Below the pieces are notes generated by a model. That model was not told where the DNA came from and did no database searches. It worked only from the letters and a program-made list of their open reading frames with translations. Positions 13,060 to 26,493 of a DNA stretch of 64,000 nucleotides are shown in pieces. Every line of letters begins with the position of its first letter. The first letter of the stretch is position 1. The translations under genes were made by a program, and so were the position numbers. Origin of the DNA: Octopus vulgaris (Eukaryota); NCBI GenBank assembly GCA_951406725.2, contig OX597816.1, positions 92,256,001 to 92,320,000 on the forward strand, given 5' to 3'.

Positions 13060-13760
13060 GCGTTACATAGCCTGATGCGTTTGAAAAGTTCTCTCCTGAT
13101 GTAGTTTTGCATGCGAATTAAAAAAAAATGACATACATGCTTTGAAGAAGTTGCTAGAGTATGAGTTAGAAAAGTTAACAATCGATGATTTTTGTTTCGA
13201 TAATTTTAGCCAATCAGGCCGCCTTGGCAATGTGTTGCCATTCCACCATGTTTTTTTTTTACGTTTTAGATTAGAAACATAGATGCGGCGGGCGAAACAT
13301 AACTTGGGTAGATATATCGAATGCACAACCACTTTTGTTTTCAAAGCTTTCTTCGGTTTCCTCTGCTATCGACAATGTAGATTTCGATTTAGACTTACAA
13401 ACAGCTATTCAAAATTTCCATTCCTACCCCACTTTTTTGTTTTGAAATGCTTTTGAATATATATATATATTTCTTTTTTTAGGTTCGAAAGTAAGATTAG
13501 GACTAAACCCTAGGCTTGAACATAGTCCTGCCCTCTGACCATAATACTAAACTGCAACCCTTCTGCTTTTCCAAAATTTTCCTCCATTTTATATGCCGGA
13601 AAAGCCACATGATTTGGAGTAGATTTTGTCGTTACTTCCGGTATATAGAGCAACCAAATTGAAGGCCTTATTTTTATAGAAAAATATAGAAATTGCAAAT
13701 TTCGTTCTGTGTATAAGATCTTCTTCCGATTGGCTAAAATTAGGAAATATTTCAATCGTT
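13060..13760. promoter_or_regulatory. Candidate promoter-motif cluster
   Basis: AGCCAATCAG 13208; GCGGCGGGCGAAA (E2F-like) 13285; ACTTCCGG (ETS) 13634; CCGATTGGCT 13726; TTTGAA (CHR-like) sites; locally raised CpG in non-repeat DNA. Motif matches only. Confidence 0.35.
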
Positions 13761-14747
13761 AAATGTCCATACCATTTTAATTATTAATTTCTCTAACAAA
13801 TGAATGTGCTTTTCGTACTAAGAATGCAAAAAAGGGTAGATTTTCCAAAAATCTCGGACTCTGTGATGTAACCAGATAAGATTCTTCAGTCATTATCACT
13901 TTATGACAATTAATTCCATGCCTCTTTAACTGTACAAACTACAGTATCCTTATATAGACAAGGAGAAATAAATATTTATAGCAGTCGTGAAACCATCATG
14001 TGAATCATATTACCATATTTGTTAATAAGTATTGGGGAAAATATCTAGAAGGACGAACTTCTCATATTAATACGAATAGAATAATGTTGACACTCATCTA
14101 CTTTTTCTGAGAATGCATAAATAATTTGATTTCTAAAAAATTTTATTTGTCTATGCCATCAGTTATATATTTCTGTACTTCGCAAATCGATTATTTCCAC
14201 TTACTGCGAGGTAACATAATATGTACACAGTTGTCTCCCTTATCAGGGAATTGAAAATTATTGGGTGAGTTGTCGATTAATATTCATTGCATATTTTATC
14301 CTAGTTTAGCATTTGATTATCTTTTAAATGCGCCATGAATTAATTATGCTGATAACCACGTTCTTGCCAAAATAAAGGTAGTATTTACGGGAAATTAAAA
14401 TGGCATTGAAATTTCTTTAGCTGAAACATTCGACTTTCAAATTATTTCTCAGAGGAAAACTGTTACGAAATGCCTTAAAAGTATAAGTTGATCCAATCAC
14501 ATTGAGTTCTATCTGAAGCAGTGATATTAATATTCTTAATGTATTTTCTATACCTTCAAAGTAGCTCAGTGCTTAAGTTCAATAGTGTAGAAAAATTCAG
14601 TTTTGTATCTTTAACTTAGCAGTTAAAGTTTCGTTAGGAGATTCTTCCATAACAATGTGAAAATCTTTGGTTAATATTCTTGACACAAACATTTTGAACT
14701 TGAAACATAATTTTCTTTATACATGCATACATACATACATACATACA

Positions 14748-14781
<34 letters not shown>

Positions 14782-14812
14782 CATGCATTACATACATGCA
14801 CACATACATGCG

Positions 14813-14865
<53 letters not shown>

Positions 14866-15539
14866 GTATGTATGCAGACACAAAACAAAAATGCTAAAAC
14901 AGGTCAGTTCATCTCAAATTCCTTGTAAATTCTTAAATATATCTCTTTCTATGTATATATATACTACCAAATAAACATGTTTATTGAACTCCTAATATTT
15001 ATCGCGAACTTTTAATACTTTTTGTATTATATATTCTCAAGATATTTCCTTGTAAACTGTTTTTAACATTTTCTTATTATTATCAAAGAATGTATATATG
15101 TATTTTGATACTTTTGTGACAACCATTTTTTAACACAACAAAGCTTATAAAAAGCTTTACATTTTACTTTTGACAATCTTTTTCTAAAAAAGTGAAACCG
15201 GTCAACTGAATAAACATCTTTAAAATTGCATTTTCAAACCTTCTTTCATATATATATACATACATCCCTTACACTCACTCCCACATACACCACCATACCA
15301 CACAACACATCATATCACACCACCACGCACACACTAGCACTGACCACTTCCCAGCCCCACATCTTCACACATACATATACACACACGCACACGTCAGGTC
15401 ACCAGCCCTCTTCCACACGCACATACATACAATCTTATATACACGCACACGCACCTTCGCTTTGGGATCACGACTACTTAATTATCTCCCCTTCTTCTTA
15501 GCCCTCCTGTGTGACCCTTCTATCCAGCATTCGTCATGA

Positions 15540-15720
15540 TAGATGCTAGCCACTACACATTCTTTATTTTCTCTTCTTGATTCTTTGTGTGTTCCTTTCT
15601 GTGTAAGAGCGTAGGGTCGAAACGTTAAAGACTTTTTCACTTCCCGAGCGTTAAACTAATACATCTGTTAGTTGTCTACACCACCTATCTTCGTCTTTTG
15701 TTTTTTTTTGTGAATTCTCC
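15540..15720 (+). mobile_element. Short pLTR-like repeat with a decayed hammerhead-like block
   Basis: aagagcgtagggtcgaaacgtta; homologous in reverse orientation to 57515-57655. Confidence 0.6.
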
Positions 15721-15765
15721 CCCTATATATATATGCATACATACATACATACATACATACATACA

Positions 15766-15813
<48 letters not shown>

Positions 15814-15890
15814 GCTATATCTCTTTGACTGCTATTTCTAAATTCGGTGTGTTGGTGAGGCAACTCGTTGCTAAACCCTTAATTACTTAG

Positions 15891-15919
<29 letters not shown>

Positions 15920-15921
<2 letters not shown>

Positions 15922-16596
15922 ATTCTACGCATTAGAAAGAACAGCTAAGTTCTATGACCACAAAAATTTGGGATAAAAATTCGACAGGAATAAATTTGGA
16001 AATGAAAAGCATTTACCATCTAGTATCTTGGACCAATCGGTTTCTAATCATGTTTTAGCGAGTCATGGAGAACTCACAAGGTTTGATGTTCTTCAGCAGG
16101 TCTAACCTAGTGTTAAACACAGCCACACGAGACAAAAAAGTCTCGTGTTTATACGAACTAACTTTTCAAATTTACTGCGCAGACGCAGTCCTTCGTTGGC
16201 TACAATAAAAAACCGCCAACTTATTAACCGAAAATTATCCAAAAACTTACAGTATTTAATCATATCAAAGGGAAATGGAATTTAATTAAAATTAAAAGCA
16301 TTCAATCAAAATTTACATTTGCAGTGGTCTAGTATCCTAGATGGTAAATGTTTTTCATTTCCAAATTTATTCCTGTCGAATTTTTATCCCAATTTTTTGT
16401 GGCCATAGCTGTTCTTTCTAATGCGTAGAATCCCTATAAGTGGATTATCTATGTGTTTAAATATACACTATATCGTATGACTAATATATAGTCTTTTTGA
16501 CTAAAATTTTTTTACGCGTTAGACCACTGGAATTGTAAATTTTGATTGAATGTTTTTAATTTTAATTAAATTCCATTTCCCTTTGATATGATTAAA

Positions 16597-16600
<4 letters not shown>
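15920..16600. mobile_element. Non-coding element with two interleaved inverted-repeat pairs, between (TA)n tracts
   Basis: A 15920-16027 / A' 16337-16433; B 16251-16331 / B' 16520-16600. Confidence 0.8.
16027..16100 (-). ncRNA. Type I hammerhead ribozyme motif
   Basis: Minus strand: cctg-CTGAAGA-[acatca..gtgagt..actcgc..tgatta]-GAAACC-gatt-GGTC-caag. GUC triplet; stems I and II imperfect. Confidence 0.55.
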
Positions 16601-16635
<35 letters not shown>

Positions 16636-16640
16636 TATAT

Positions 16641-17450
16641 GTCAAAGTTGGTAACAAGACCAGGACATACCAGAAAGCAAACGAAAAGAATACAAACAAG
16701 AACGGCCGTTAGGCTCAGAGGAGAAAAGGTAGTGAACGCTGGGCGAAGATTCTTTGATAAGAAAAAATATAGGAGAGGAAACAGATAGGAAAGCGTCTGG
16801 ACTGCACAACAAACTGAAGGAAAACAAAAGTGATCACCTGAGGAAAGGAAAGATGGGCGATGATCACGTATGAGCAACGAGAGAGAGTAAAGGAGGAAGA
16901 AGGAGAGAGAGATACAGACAGATAGAAAACGGTGAGGGGAGAAAAGAATTAGAGAAAGGATGAGAGAGAAAACGAAAGGGAGAAAGAGAGGGAACAGTAA
17001 AGTCGCCTCAAATATATTAACATAATATCGTCCATTTTTCCTTTCCTCACGTTATCATCTTTCTTTTCCTTCAGTCTGTTGTGCAGTCCAGACGCTTTCC
17101 TATCTGTCTCCTCTCCTTTTTTTTTATCAAAGAATCTTCATCTGGGGCTCGCTACCTTACCTCATCTGAGCCTAACCGCCATCCATGTTTGTATTCACTT
17201 TGTTGTATGTCCTGCTTTTGTTACCAACTCTGACTCTCCGCAAATCCCAAATTTTATTTTGGTTCGCGAGAGTAAGTGCCTTCAAAGTCTTATCTTGTCG
17301 TTCATTGCTCGAAATAAGGAGTAGAAGGACAGCCGACAACTGATGAAGAGTCGTTTTTTATGTTACTTCTCTTGTTTTCCATTTGTTTCTCCCGTTCTTT
17401 GCGTACCCAACCTTATTTCGTATTTCATGTTTAAGTTTTGTGACGTCATG
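16641..17450. mobile_element. pLTR-like element with about 180-bp inverted arms
   Basis: 16641-16824 is the diverged reverse complement of 17064-17234. The block 'gagtagaaggacagccgacaactgatgaag' recurs at about 62455-62490. Confidence 0.7.
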
Positions 17451-17515
17451 TACCCATATATGCATACCTATATACATACATATGTATGTATGTACATATG
17501 TGTGTGTATATATGC

Positions 17516-17578
<63 letters not shown>

Positions 17579-18227
17579 TATATATTATCTATATTATTAC
17601 ATACATAAATACATGCATAAATGTTATATGTGTGCGTGTGTGCATATGTGGATTTGTGCGTGTGTCTGTTTCTATCTAGGTGTTCATGTTTATACTGATT
17701 AATAAACAGCGTTATGTTACATAACTTAGTGATTTAACAAATAAGTGCCGATAAAATAAGTACTGGGGTTCATATAATCAACAAAATCTTTGAAAGTAGT
17801 TCTCCAGCATGGACGCAATTCAATGATTGAAACCAGTAAAAGAATAAAAGAAATAACTCTGATTCAACGTCCCTCTCACTGGACATTGTATTTACTGGTT
17901 TGAAAGAGGAAGCTGGCAAAATTAATTAAAAATAATCATAAACATTACCGGCATTAATTGAAGCATTAAAGTTCACGGGAAAACAATACCTGTGTTTCCT
18001 CACATCACCGTATTTTAGGCCAAGCAATATGTTGTTACTATCTTATTTCAAATGGATTTTAATTTCTACTCAACATTAATGATTATAGAAGTGAAGTAAA
18101 ATTTTTTTTAGAAAAAGAGGATGATATCAATTAAATCTACAGAGAGTGACTGATCTTTGTAAATTTCCTCTTTGAAGCTAAATACTCCGAATAACGATGG
18201 TAAAATTGATTTTGTTGTTTCTTACAG

Positions 18228-18328
18228 GATTAAATATATAAATGGCTGAATAAAGCTTAAGTTCAAAGGAATTATACAAAATTCCATAGAAGTTATTTTT
18301 TACCGCATTCTACAGAATCATTAATTAG
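18228..18328 (+). other. Candidate non-coding exon
   Basis: Acceptor tttgttgtttcttacag| and donor |gtatgt; stops in all three frames. Confidence 0.35.
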
Positions 18329-18510
18329 GTATGTCTGTATTTGGTTGTAGTCTTGAAAACCAGTTTGTCAATTTAAGTTATCACATAAAGACAAAAAAAA
18401 ATCAATAACAATAACTGCAGCAGCAACAGCAACAACAAAAACTAACTTTAGAACAAAGCTGTTAACGAATAACTAATATTCAGATTAAAATTTATTTTGT
18501 TTGTTTTCAG

Positions 18511-18603
18511 AGAAAACGGTGGACTTATTAGGTGTAAACGTACAACAAGAGAATCAATAGAAACAAGTGAAATGGGTTAGTGCCATGAATTTAAATCAGT
18601 CAA
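18511..18603 (+). other. Candidate non-coding or 5'UTR exon
   Basis: Branch-like actaat at about 18472; acceptor ttttgtttgttttcag|; donor |gtaagt; gccATG at 18585 would give MNLNQS. Confidence 0.4.
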
Positions 18604-19519
18604 GTAAGTGTTGATGTACTGAAGGAGCTACGTGAGATTATTCTTAACTCTTTTACCGTGAAACACAGATATATCCAATCAGAATTTCGCGACCTTCAAC
18701 TAGGAAAAGAGTTTTACACACCTGTCTGTCTTTTGTTGAAGAGTGTCATGTTTGAAACTATTTTCCTCTTCAGATATGTCAAGTTATTGAGGCAACATAT
18801 TCTGCAGAAAATAGCAATTCTATTTTTGGTACATAATTAACACTATTACTAGAATAATCACGAAATTTAATTTCACATTGAAATTTGTCTTATAGTGTAA
18901 GAAAGGTAACGGGCTATTCTGAAGCAGCTGTTTGCCACTCTCGAACAAAAGGCAGATATTTTCAAGATATCAAGAATTGCTTTCACAGAGAAGTGAACTT
19001 TTCCCCCTGAGCTAAAAGGTTTAATTTTTGTTATCCCATATAAATTCTTGAGATTTTCCGCACTCTATTTATTTATTTATTCATCTGATCACTCGTTCAA
19101 ACAACACTGGCTTATTAATATGAGTATATCTCACTTCCGATAGGTATTTAGACATTTAGAACAACCAAGCAAACACACAAACACACACATACACACACAT
19201 ACACACACACACGCACACACATATATATACACATATAATACAAACCAGCATACACACAAGTGCGCACACGTACATACACACTCATACACATAGATTTGCA
19301 TACATATATGATACTTACATATAATACATGTGTGTGTATGTGTGTGTGCATATTAGTATGCATATATGAATCACAAAAACAGGCACTCATATATCAAATA
19401 ACAGATGGGTGTATTATTAAAATTAATTTCATATGATATCCGATTTCTGTGTTTAACAAATGCTTTCATATATAAGATGGAGAATTAAATCCAGCAATCA
19501 TCGGACATGGTTGAATGGG

Positions 19520-20785
19520 AAAGTATATTTATTAATGCAGGCTCGTAAACATCACAACCGGTTTACGCATTTTAGCGGCCGTGTAAAACCCTAAACAATA
19601 TTTATGGGCTGAGGAATACAAACCAATACGAAAAAAAAGGACAAGGTAGGCTCATTGAGCCTATCAGAATTATGTTCCTTCAATTGGACCATTTTAAGCT
19701 GTGGCATGCATACTGGGACTCAAGTGGTAAAATGCCCACTCCAGATTTGTATGTTGATTGTAAGATACATAGAAAATAAGGGTGAAGTCGAGTAGCAATG
19801 AGGGGAAGGAGTTAGGCGAGGAGAATGGGTGGGAGTTGGTGGAAATTTATTTTTAAATATGTATCGATATAAGTTTTATGTATAAATGATGGGGTGGGGG
19901 ATATATATATAAATCCTCAATCATGGGCAGAAAAGTGCCGATACCGAAAGAACCAACACGTATTCTTATGGTGCACCCAACCAGCTGGCTATTATATACT
20001 TGCACTCACGAGGGCAAGGAAAAAATTTCACTTTAAAAGTGAAAAAGTTCAGGTATGCCTCTGGGCAGTGAGAAGTCTTCAATATGATTCTTTTCTCTCA
20101 TAAACAGTATCTCCTATTGGTTTTAAAGCAAGGTCTGGCCTTTTCTTGCAGCCTCCAATTGATATCTTTTGGTGGGTGTTTTCTTTTCATGTAAGCATAT
20201 ATCTGGCCAAAGTTGTGACATTACGACTCTCCTGGATATTACAAGAGTCCTTGTGGTTGTTGAACATGGTATTGAAGATGTCTTACGCGGCGCTCATATA
20301 CCTCCGTACATTTTTTTTCTCCTTTCTAGGATCCTTCGAATCTATCATCGCCTCATAAATGACGGTTTCTGTATAGCACTAAGCGTTTAGTTGCTACGCA
20401 GCTTAGCCTCTACATGACCATGAATCCTCTGTGTTGTTTCTGAGCCTATTTACTAATATTGTCTTTATGATAGGCGTTCAGATAAAATATTCTTCAAAGT
20501 GTGCTTTTTACTGATGTTTCTAAACCTATGTTTTTGTGAAATATAATTGTGTACTGAATTAAGGAATATCCTACCAATACAAATTTCAGTATTAAGAAAA
20601 AGCTTTGTGTGTGAATCATATGACCTTATAGTGGCGTTTTCTATTGGCGAGATTAGGGTTAATCATATAACAAATCCTATCATTGAAGCCATTGGCAGCT
20701 AAGGCCTCGTTGTAGGACGGCGGTGCGGCATCGAAGATCTTATCTGAAGATAAATTTGAGATTCTTTGCTTATATCCTCCACTAT
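19520..20785 (-). mobile_element. Degenerate Penelope-like element (RT C-terminus, GIY-YIG region, 3' pLTR remnant)
   Basis: [28 protein letters not shown]; RYRN; TTLARYMLT*KEN; downstream decayed 'aaaccggtt' block. Confidence 0.7.
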
Positions 20786-20822
20786 CTGTGTGTATGTGTG
20801 TGTGCACATAGAGACACATATA

Positions 20823-20900
<78 letters not shown>

Positions 20901-23900
20901 CACACACACACACACATATGTATATATACACATATATATGCATATATATGAGTGTGTGTGTGTGTGGTGGCGTGTGTCGAGTGCGCGTGATTGTGAGCGT
21001 GTGTATAGACACATATATACATTTATTTTGAGAGATATGCATAATGCCATGAAGAGAGATAAAGAGAAGGATACACAGAGAGAATAATAATGATAAAGAG
21101 ATAGTGAGAAAAGAAATAAAGATAAATTTGCATATAGTAATATACGACAAAAGAAGTAAATGGTGTGGCGAATGAGAGAGAAATTATAGAATTAATGGAA
21201 GAGATTAAGGGGAACCAGAGAAAGATATTTTAGTGCAGAAGTTTTCTGTAAGATGTTTTCTGGCAATATAAAAGTTTGAAATAGATCACCGGAGAGTAGT
21301 TTTATGGGATCACTATTTCATTTATGACTTCTGACCCAGAACAATGACCAGGTCCAAATATAAAGATAATATAGAGTTTAACATAGACATCGATAATATT
21401 ATCTCTCGCAGACAAATACTACGTAACTGTTCAATATTAGTTTATACTGATGTAATTAAGGGTGTAATATCTCTATCATTGATTACAATAACTTTTCTAT
21501 TTCGGATCAGTTAAATATGTTGAACATATTTTCCCACATCTCGATGGTCTGTTGCACTTAGAAACTAAATAACTTCGAAAATAGCGTCAAATTGGAGAAG
21601 AGCTTTGTAAACAAACAAGTCCACTAAAATTGTTAATAGAATTTGTGATCATGTAAGAGGAAAATATGAATGAATAACTTAAAGATAAGTCCATTACCCT
21701 TCAATTATTAATTTCTTCTTCCGTCTATCTAGCAACATATTGCATAGACATACCACCGTATGTCATTGAACATTGTAATATTACGTACTAATATAAGGAG
21801 AAAGAGCATTTTCTCACTGGGTGAGTGAACTATGAAAATATTCGTCGAGTGACATTAACGCAAGAGAAATTGATATACATATATAACTATCCAACGTTTG
21901 CTTCAACGAATATACTTCAGATGTTCCATTGCCTGAATATTATAGAATCAAATTGTATATGATTGTATATTCCACAGCCAATTATACTCAAAACAATCCT
22001 TAGGCTGAATTAGCATGACACAACTTGTAACAAGGCCGATCCGATTTCAGTCTAATTTCATTCAGAAAATTTATGTTGACCCACACGTTGTAAGTGAAAT
22101 TCAGTATAAACTAGTATGACAGAAAACACTTTCTCACAGTGCTGCACAGAGAGGATCAAATTAGGACCTCACAATCTTGAAGATTAGGTATACGAGTACT
22201 ACATGTTCACTGAGTGCTAAACGACTATGGAATCAACGCAATAAAAATATGATGTGAACCATTGCTCATTTAGCATGTTCTCTGACACCACATCCATTCG
22301 GTCCATTCTGTAAATTAGTAATATACAAATTCAAAGATTCGTATTATTGTGCATTACAAGGAGAGCTTTAAGGCATACGAAAGCTTTCAAAAGCCATACT
22401 CACTTTGATCAGTGAGAGCCATTCCAGATTGCTAATATTGATGATTTTCCATTATCAGAACAATCGTTTAAGCTAGGCACAAAAACCGAGAGAGAAGTAC
22501 GCTCTTTATAATCATTCAGAAGTTTCCTCCTCTCTTCACATTGTCCAAAATGCCTTCTAGACTGACACATTCGTGTATTTATAAGTGAATGACTCCAAAT
22601 GAAAAAAGAAGCGCCTATGTAATCGCTTAACCTGTAAGGAATAGCTATCAAATTTTCATTAAATACCAATCTAGCGACAGAAGAGAAAAAGTAATATTCA
22701 ATAATATAATCCTATTGAGCATTATGTATGAATACAAAACAAGACGCGCAGGGTTAAGACACAATTGATCATAGGTGTGGGGACCTCAGGCTACACATCA
22801 ACACCAAAACTAACATCAACGACAGCAATATCATAAAGTGAATGATAATTTTGATGAGATTGAAATTACTGTAGACACCAAATAAGATATTCAATATATA
22901 TACAATAAGATTAAATATGTTTACATCAGAGCGAAACTAATTTTTTTAGCACACAGCTAGACAAGATATATTTAAACAGAGTGAAAATAATTATATTTAC
23001 AACATAGCTAGACCAAACATATTTACAACATAGACATAAGTATGTTCACATATGTTGTAGCTAAATTACTTCTTGTAACTTCTGAGTAACTGGTAAGATT
23101 ATGCATAGAAAAGATAAACATTAATACTTAATGCTATAGCTCAATCAAAGAACGTCTACAATATCACACAACCTACAAGGAAATAACTAGGAAATATCCC
23201 TCAAATGATAATCTATCATGAAAATGTAGAGAAAACGATAAAGTGAAAAATCATGTTTGATATATACTGTGATAGAAAACACAGGATGGTTATAGTTTTA
23301 AAGGCTTTGATATAATCTGAGTGGGCTTAACCAGAGACAATAAATAAACCGATCAAATTTAATGCATTCCAAAGCTCTGCTGCAGGTATAGAAGCATGAG
23401 AACAATTAACAAAGAATTTCCAAATAATATTCGTATTATCCCGGGGATCTATATAAATGCTCAAAGCATCTGGAACAGGTGGATACTGGACAATGTGACA
23501 CATTAATTTAATAAATGTGAGCTGTTTGACAGGTGTTCCTCTTTGAAGATCTATTTTAGTGACATGGACACATTTGAATTTAAAATTATTTTGGACAAAA
23601 CCATATCTTCTTATTTTCAGCAAGAATTAACCACATCTTGGATAAATTTTATTGGCGTCATATAATGAAAATTATGCGAAGCTAGTTGAGTAATATACCT
23701 AGTGACCTTATAGATGCATGTATACTTAAATTAAAACAAAATGGTAATGTTATTCAATGAATTTGATCTTAATCTACCCAATCAAAACTAATCTAAAGTT
23801 AACCAGCAAGAAAAATATATGTCGATTACTCAATGTACATATGTGTGTGTGTGTGTGTGTGTGTGACAAAAATGAGCTAAGAGAAATGAGTCTGTTTCGC

Positions 23901-23924
23901 TAGAGATATGAAAAAATGATACTT

Positions 23925-24325
23925 ATGCGCAGGAGTGGCTGTGTGGTAAGTAGCTTGCTTACCAACCACATGGTTCCAGGTTCAGTCCCACTGCGTAGCA
24001 ACTTGGGCAAGTGTCTTCTACTATAGCCTCGGGCCGACCAAAGCCTTGTGAGTGGATTTGGTAGACGGAAACTGAAAGAAGCCCGTCGTATATATGTATA
24101 TGTGTATGTTTGTGTGTCTGAGTCCCCCCAACATCCCTTGACAACTGATGTTGGTTTGTTTACGTCCCCGTAACCTAGCGATTCGGCAAAAAGAACCGAT
24201 GGAATATATACTAGGCTTCCAAAGAATAAGTCCTGGGGTCGATTTGCTCGACTAAAGGCGGTGGACCAGCATGGCCGCAGTTAAATGACTGAAATAAGTA
24301 AAAAAGAGTAAAAATAAAAAGAGTA
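23925..24325 (+). mobile_element. SINE family A, full length
   Basis: gcgcaggagtggctgtgtggtaag..ggttcagtccc head; internal TA/TG tract; ccagcatggccgcag..aagtaaaaaagagtaaaa tail. Confidence 0.92.
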
Positions 24326-25120
24326 TGCTAAATACTACACAATGATTTTATTTTGGCTTCGTGAGCTGGTTAACAATATCGGCAATTCTTAAAGACTCCG
24401 AATGAGAAGAAAAAATATGAGGTATCAATTTGAAAGTTTGGAACTTGAATGTGTGTGTTGCTTGGCATATATGTGTGCACTTAATATTTATACTTGCGTG
24501 TATGAATTTGTGTGAGAGCGTGAAAACTAGAGGCGTATGAATGTGTGGATATATGTGCGTACATGTATGTGTCTATGTTTGTATGGTCGTTGAATAGCTT
24601 GATATGGTGCGGCATTATGTAGTATAGAGTGTGGTATGTATCGTGAGAAGGTTAAAAAATTGGGGCTTGAATTAGATCTGTTGGGTAGAAGTTCCAAGAA
24701 AAATAAGAATTTTCATTGTTCTGTATTTTGTGTAGGGTGGCTAACTCTGCAGGAAAAGGTAGAAAATGGAGAGACGTTGGATAAAATGGTGTACACAATG
24801 CAAACGGCATGCGAAAGGCAAACCCCATTACGCAAGGTGCTCTGCAAATCGCTTAGCAAGTCGCCAGCAATCTTGTGCAATATAAATCGAGGATAAGAAC
24901 CGCAAAGAAGGTACATAAGGTAATAGCTGTAATTTGTTTCCTGAAGTCTGCTTGTACATGAATTTCTACTTCGGATACTTATTTATACATACACACGCAT
25001 ATATATGTATGTATGCAAGAGAGTTGTAAAATATGAAAAAAAAAAAAAAAAAAGAATATTTTCAATCATCGACACCTATGAACGATCCGACTAGAGGCGA
25101 ATTCCGAGTGGATTACCAAG

Positions 25121-25219
<99 letters not shown>

Positions 25220-25447
25220 CTCTTTCTATCTACACACTGACACAAACACAAATATGTGCATAGTAATGTGTGCACATGCATATTGAGGACTATTGTCTGA
25301 TTGTCTGATTATGAAATGTTTTTAAAAATGGCAGTAGTATTTATAGGAAATGGAGCAGATTTAGAGAGATATAGTTATCGTGTTTGTGGTGTGGGTGTTT
25401 TACTATGTATTAGTTCTCTGTCTTGGTGTAAGATATTGTCACGGCTT

Positions 25448-25479
<32 letters not shown>

Positions 25480-25559
25480 TGTATGTATGTATGTATGTAT
25501 GTATGTATGTATGTATGTATGTATGTATGTATGTATGTATTTACTTATGAATGTATGTC

Positions 25560-26065
25560 ATTATTCAGTTTTATTTAAAGATTTCTCTCGTCAATAGAGA
25601 AAAAAAAAACGGTTTCTAACCTAGATTCATGGCTCCTTCATTAAGAATTTCATCATCAACAACAGGTATTTTTGTATGTATGTATGTATATGTATGCATA
25701 CTTGCAGATTTGTATGTTTTGTTTTATGTATGTCTTCTCATGCACATACCATCATATCTAAAAACGCTCATATATATGATACTTAAATGATAAACCTCTG
25801 GAAAGCTTTACAGATTTTTACAGTTCCACGGATGGATTGGATCTGTAGTCTTCGAATCAGCTTTCTCCTTTCTCGTTTTGAGAAGCCTAATTTCTCGCGA
25901 TTGGTATTAAGGCAGTGTGTTACATAACCAAGTGCCCCAATAATTACAGGTATAAACCTGAACTTCTAATCGGGATAGATTAACGGCAGATTTCTCAATA
26001 GTTCAGCGTAGGTATTCTCTTTTTTGCTGATCTTCAGTATTATATTAACATCCGTTGAGCAGCTG
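25560..26065 (-). mobile_element. 3' end of an RLE LINE inserted in (TATG)n
   Basis: DVNIILKISKKENTYAELLRNL..FIPVIIGALGYV..LQIQSIRGTVKICK, homologous to ORF 56013-56438. (TATG)n on both sides (25450-25540, 26066-26162). Confidence 0.85.
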
Positions 26066-26493
26066 ATGTATGCATGCATGCATGCATGTATGTATGTATG
26101 TATGTATGTATGTATGTATGTATGTATGTATGTATGTATGTATGTATGTATGTATGTATGTATACATTGGAATGGTTACAGGAACGAGAAAATAAAGAGA
26201 AACGTTAAACCTTCAGCATATGGGGTGGTATCCTCTTGGGTAGAGTAGGTGAAAATACTATGGGTGTTTGTGTGGTAAGATCTAATTCTGTGTCGATGCA
26301 GTTCATTAGCGTTGTTGGATTTATGTGCGTACTGGTTGGAAGGCTTAAATATATTTTGGCTGGTATGGTGTACAAGCATGATAACAAACTAGATTCAAAT
26401 GAGATTAAGTGGTCTACATTGGGAATTGTGGTTGCATGACATAGTGACTACAACAGCAAATATTTTTAAGTGTATAGCTAAATAGTGTATATA

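Noticed and set aside
15140-15215. GAAACCGGTC hammerhead 3' half
   Set aside because: 5' core missing.
23327-23623. 98-aa non-repetitive ORF on the minus strand
   Set aside because: No recognisable domain, non-ATG start and no supporting splice structure.
25575-25665. Minus-strand TGATGA...GAAACCG as a hammerhead or SECIS
   Set aside because: Part of the RLE LINE 3' UTR; lacks the CUGA core, the cleavage triplet and the SECIS quartet geometry.
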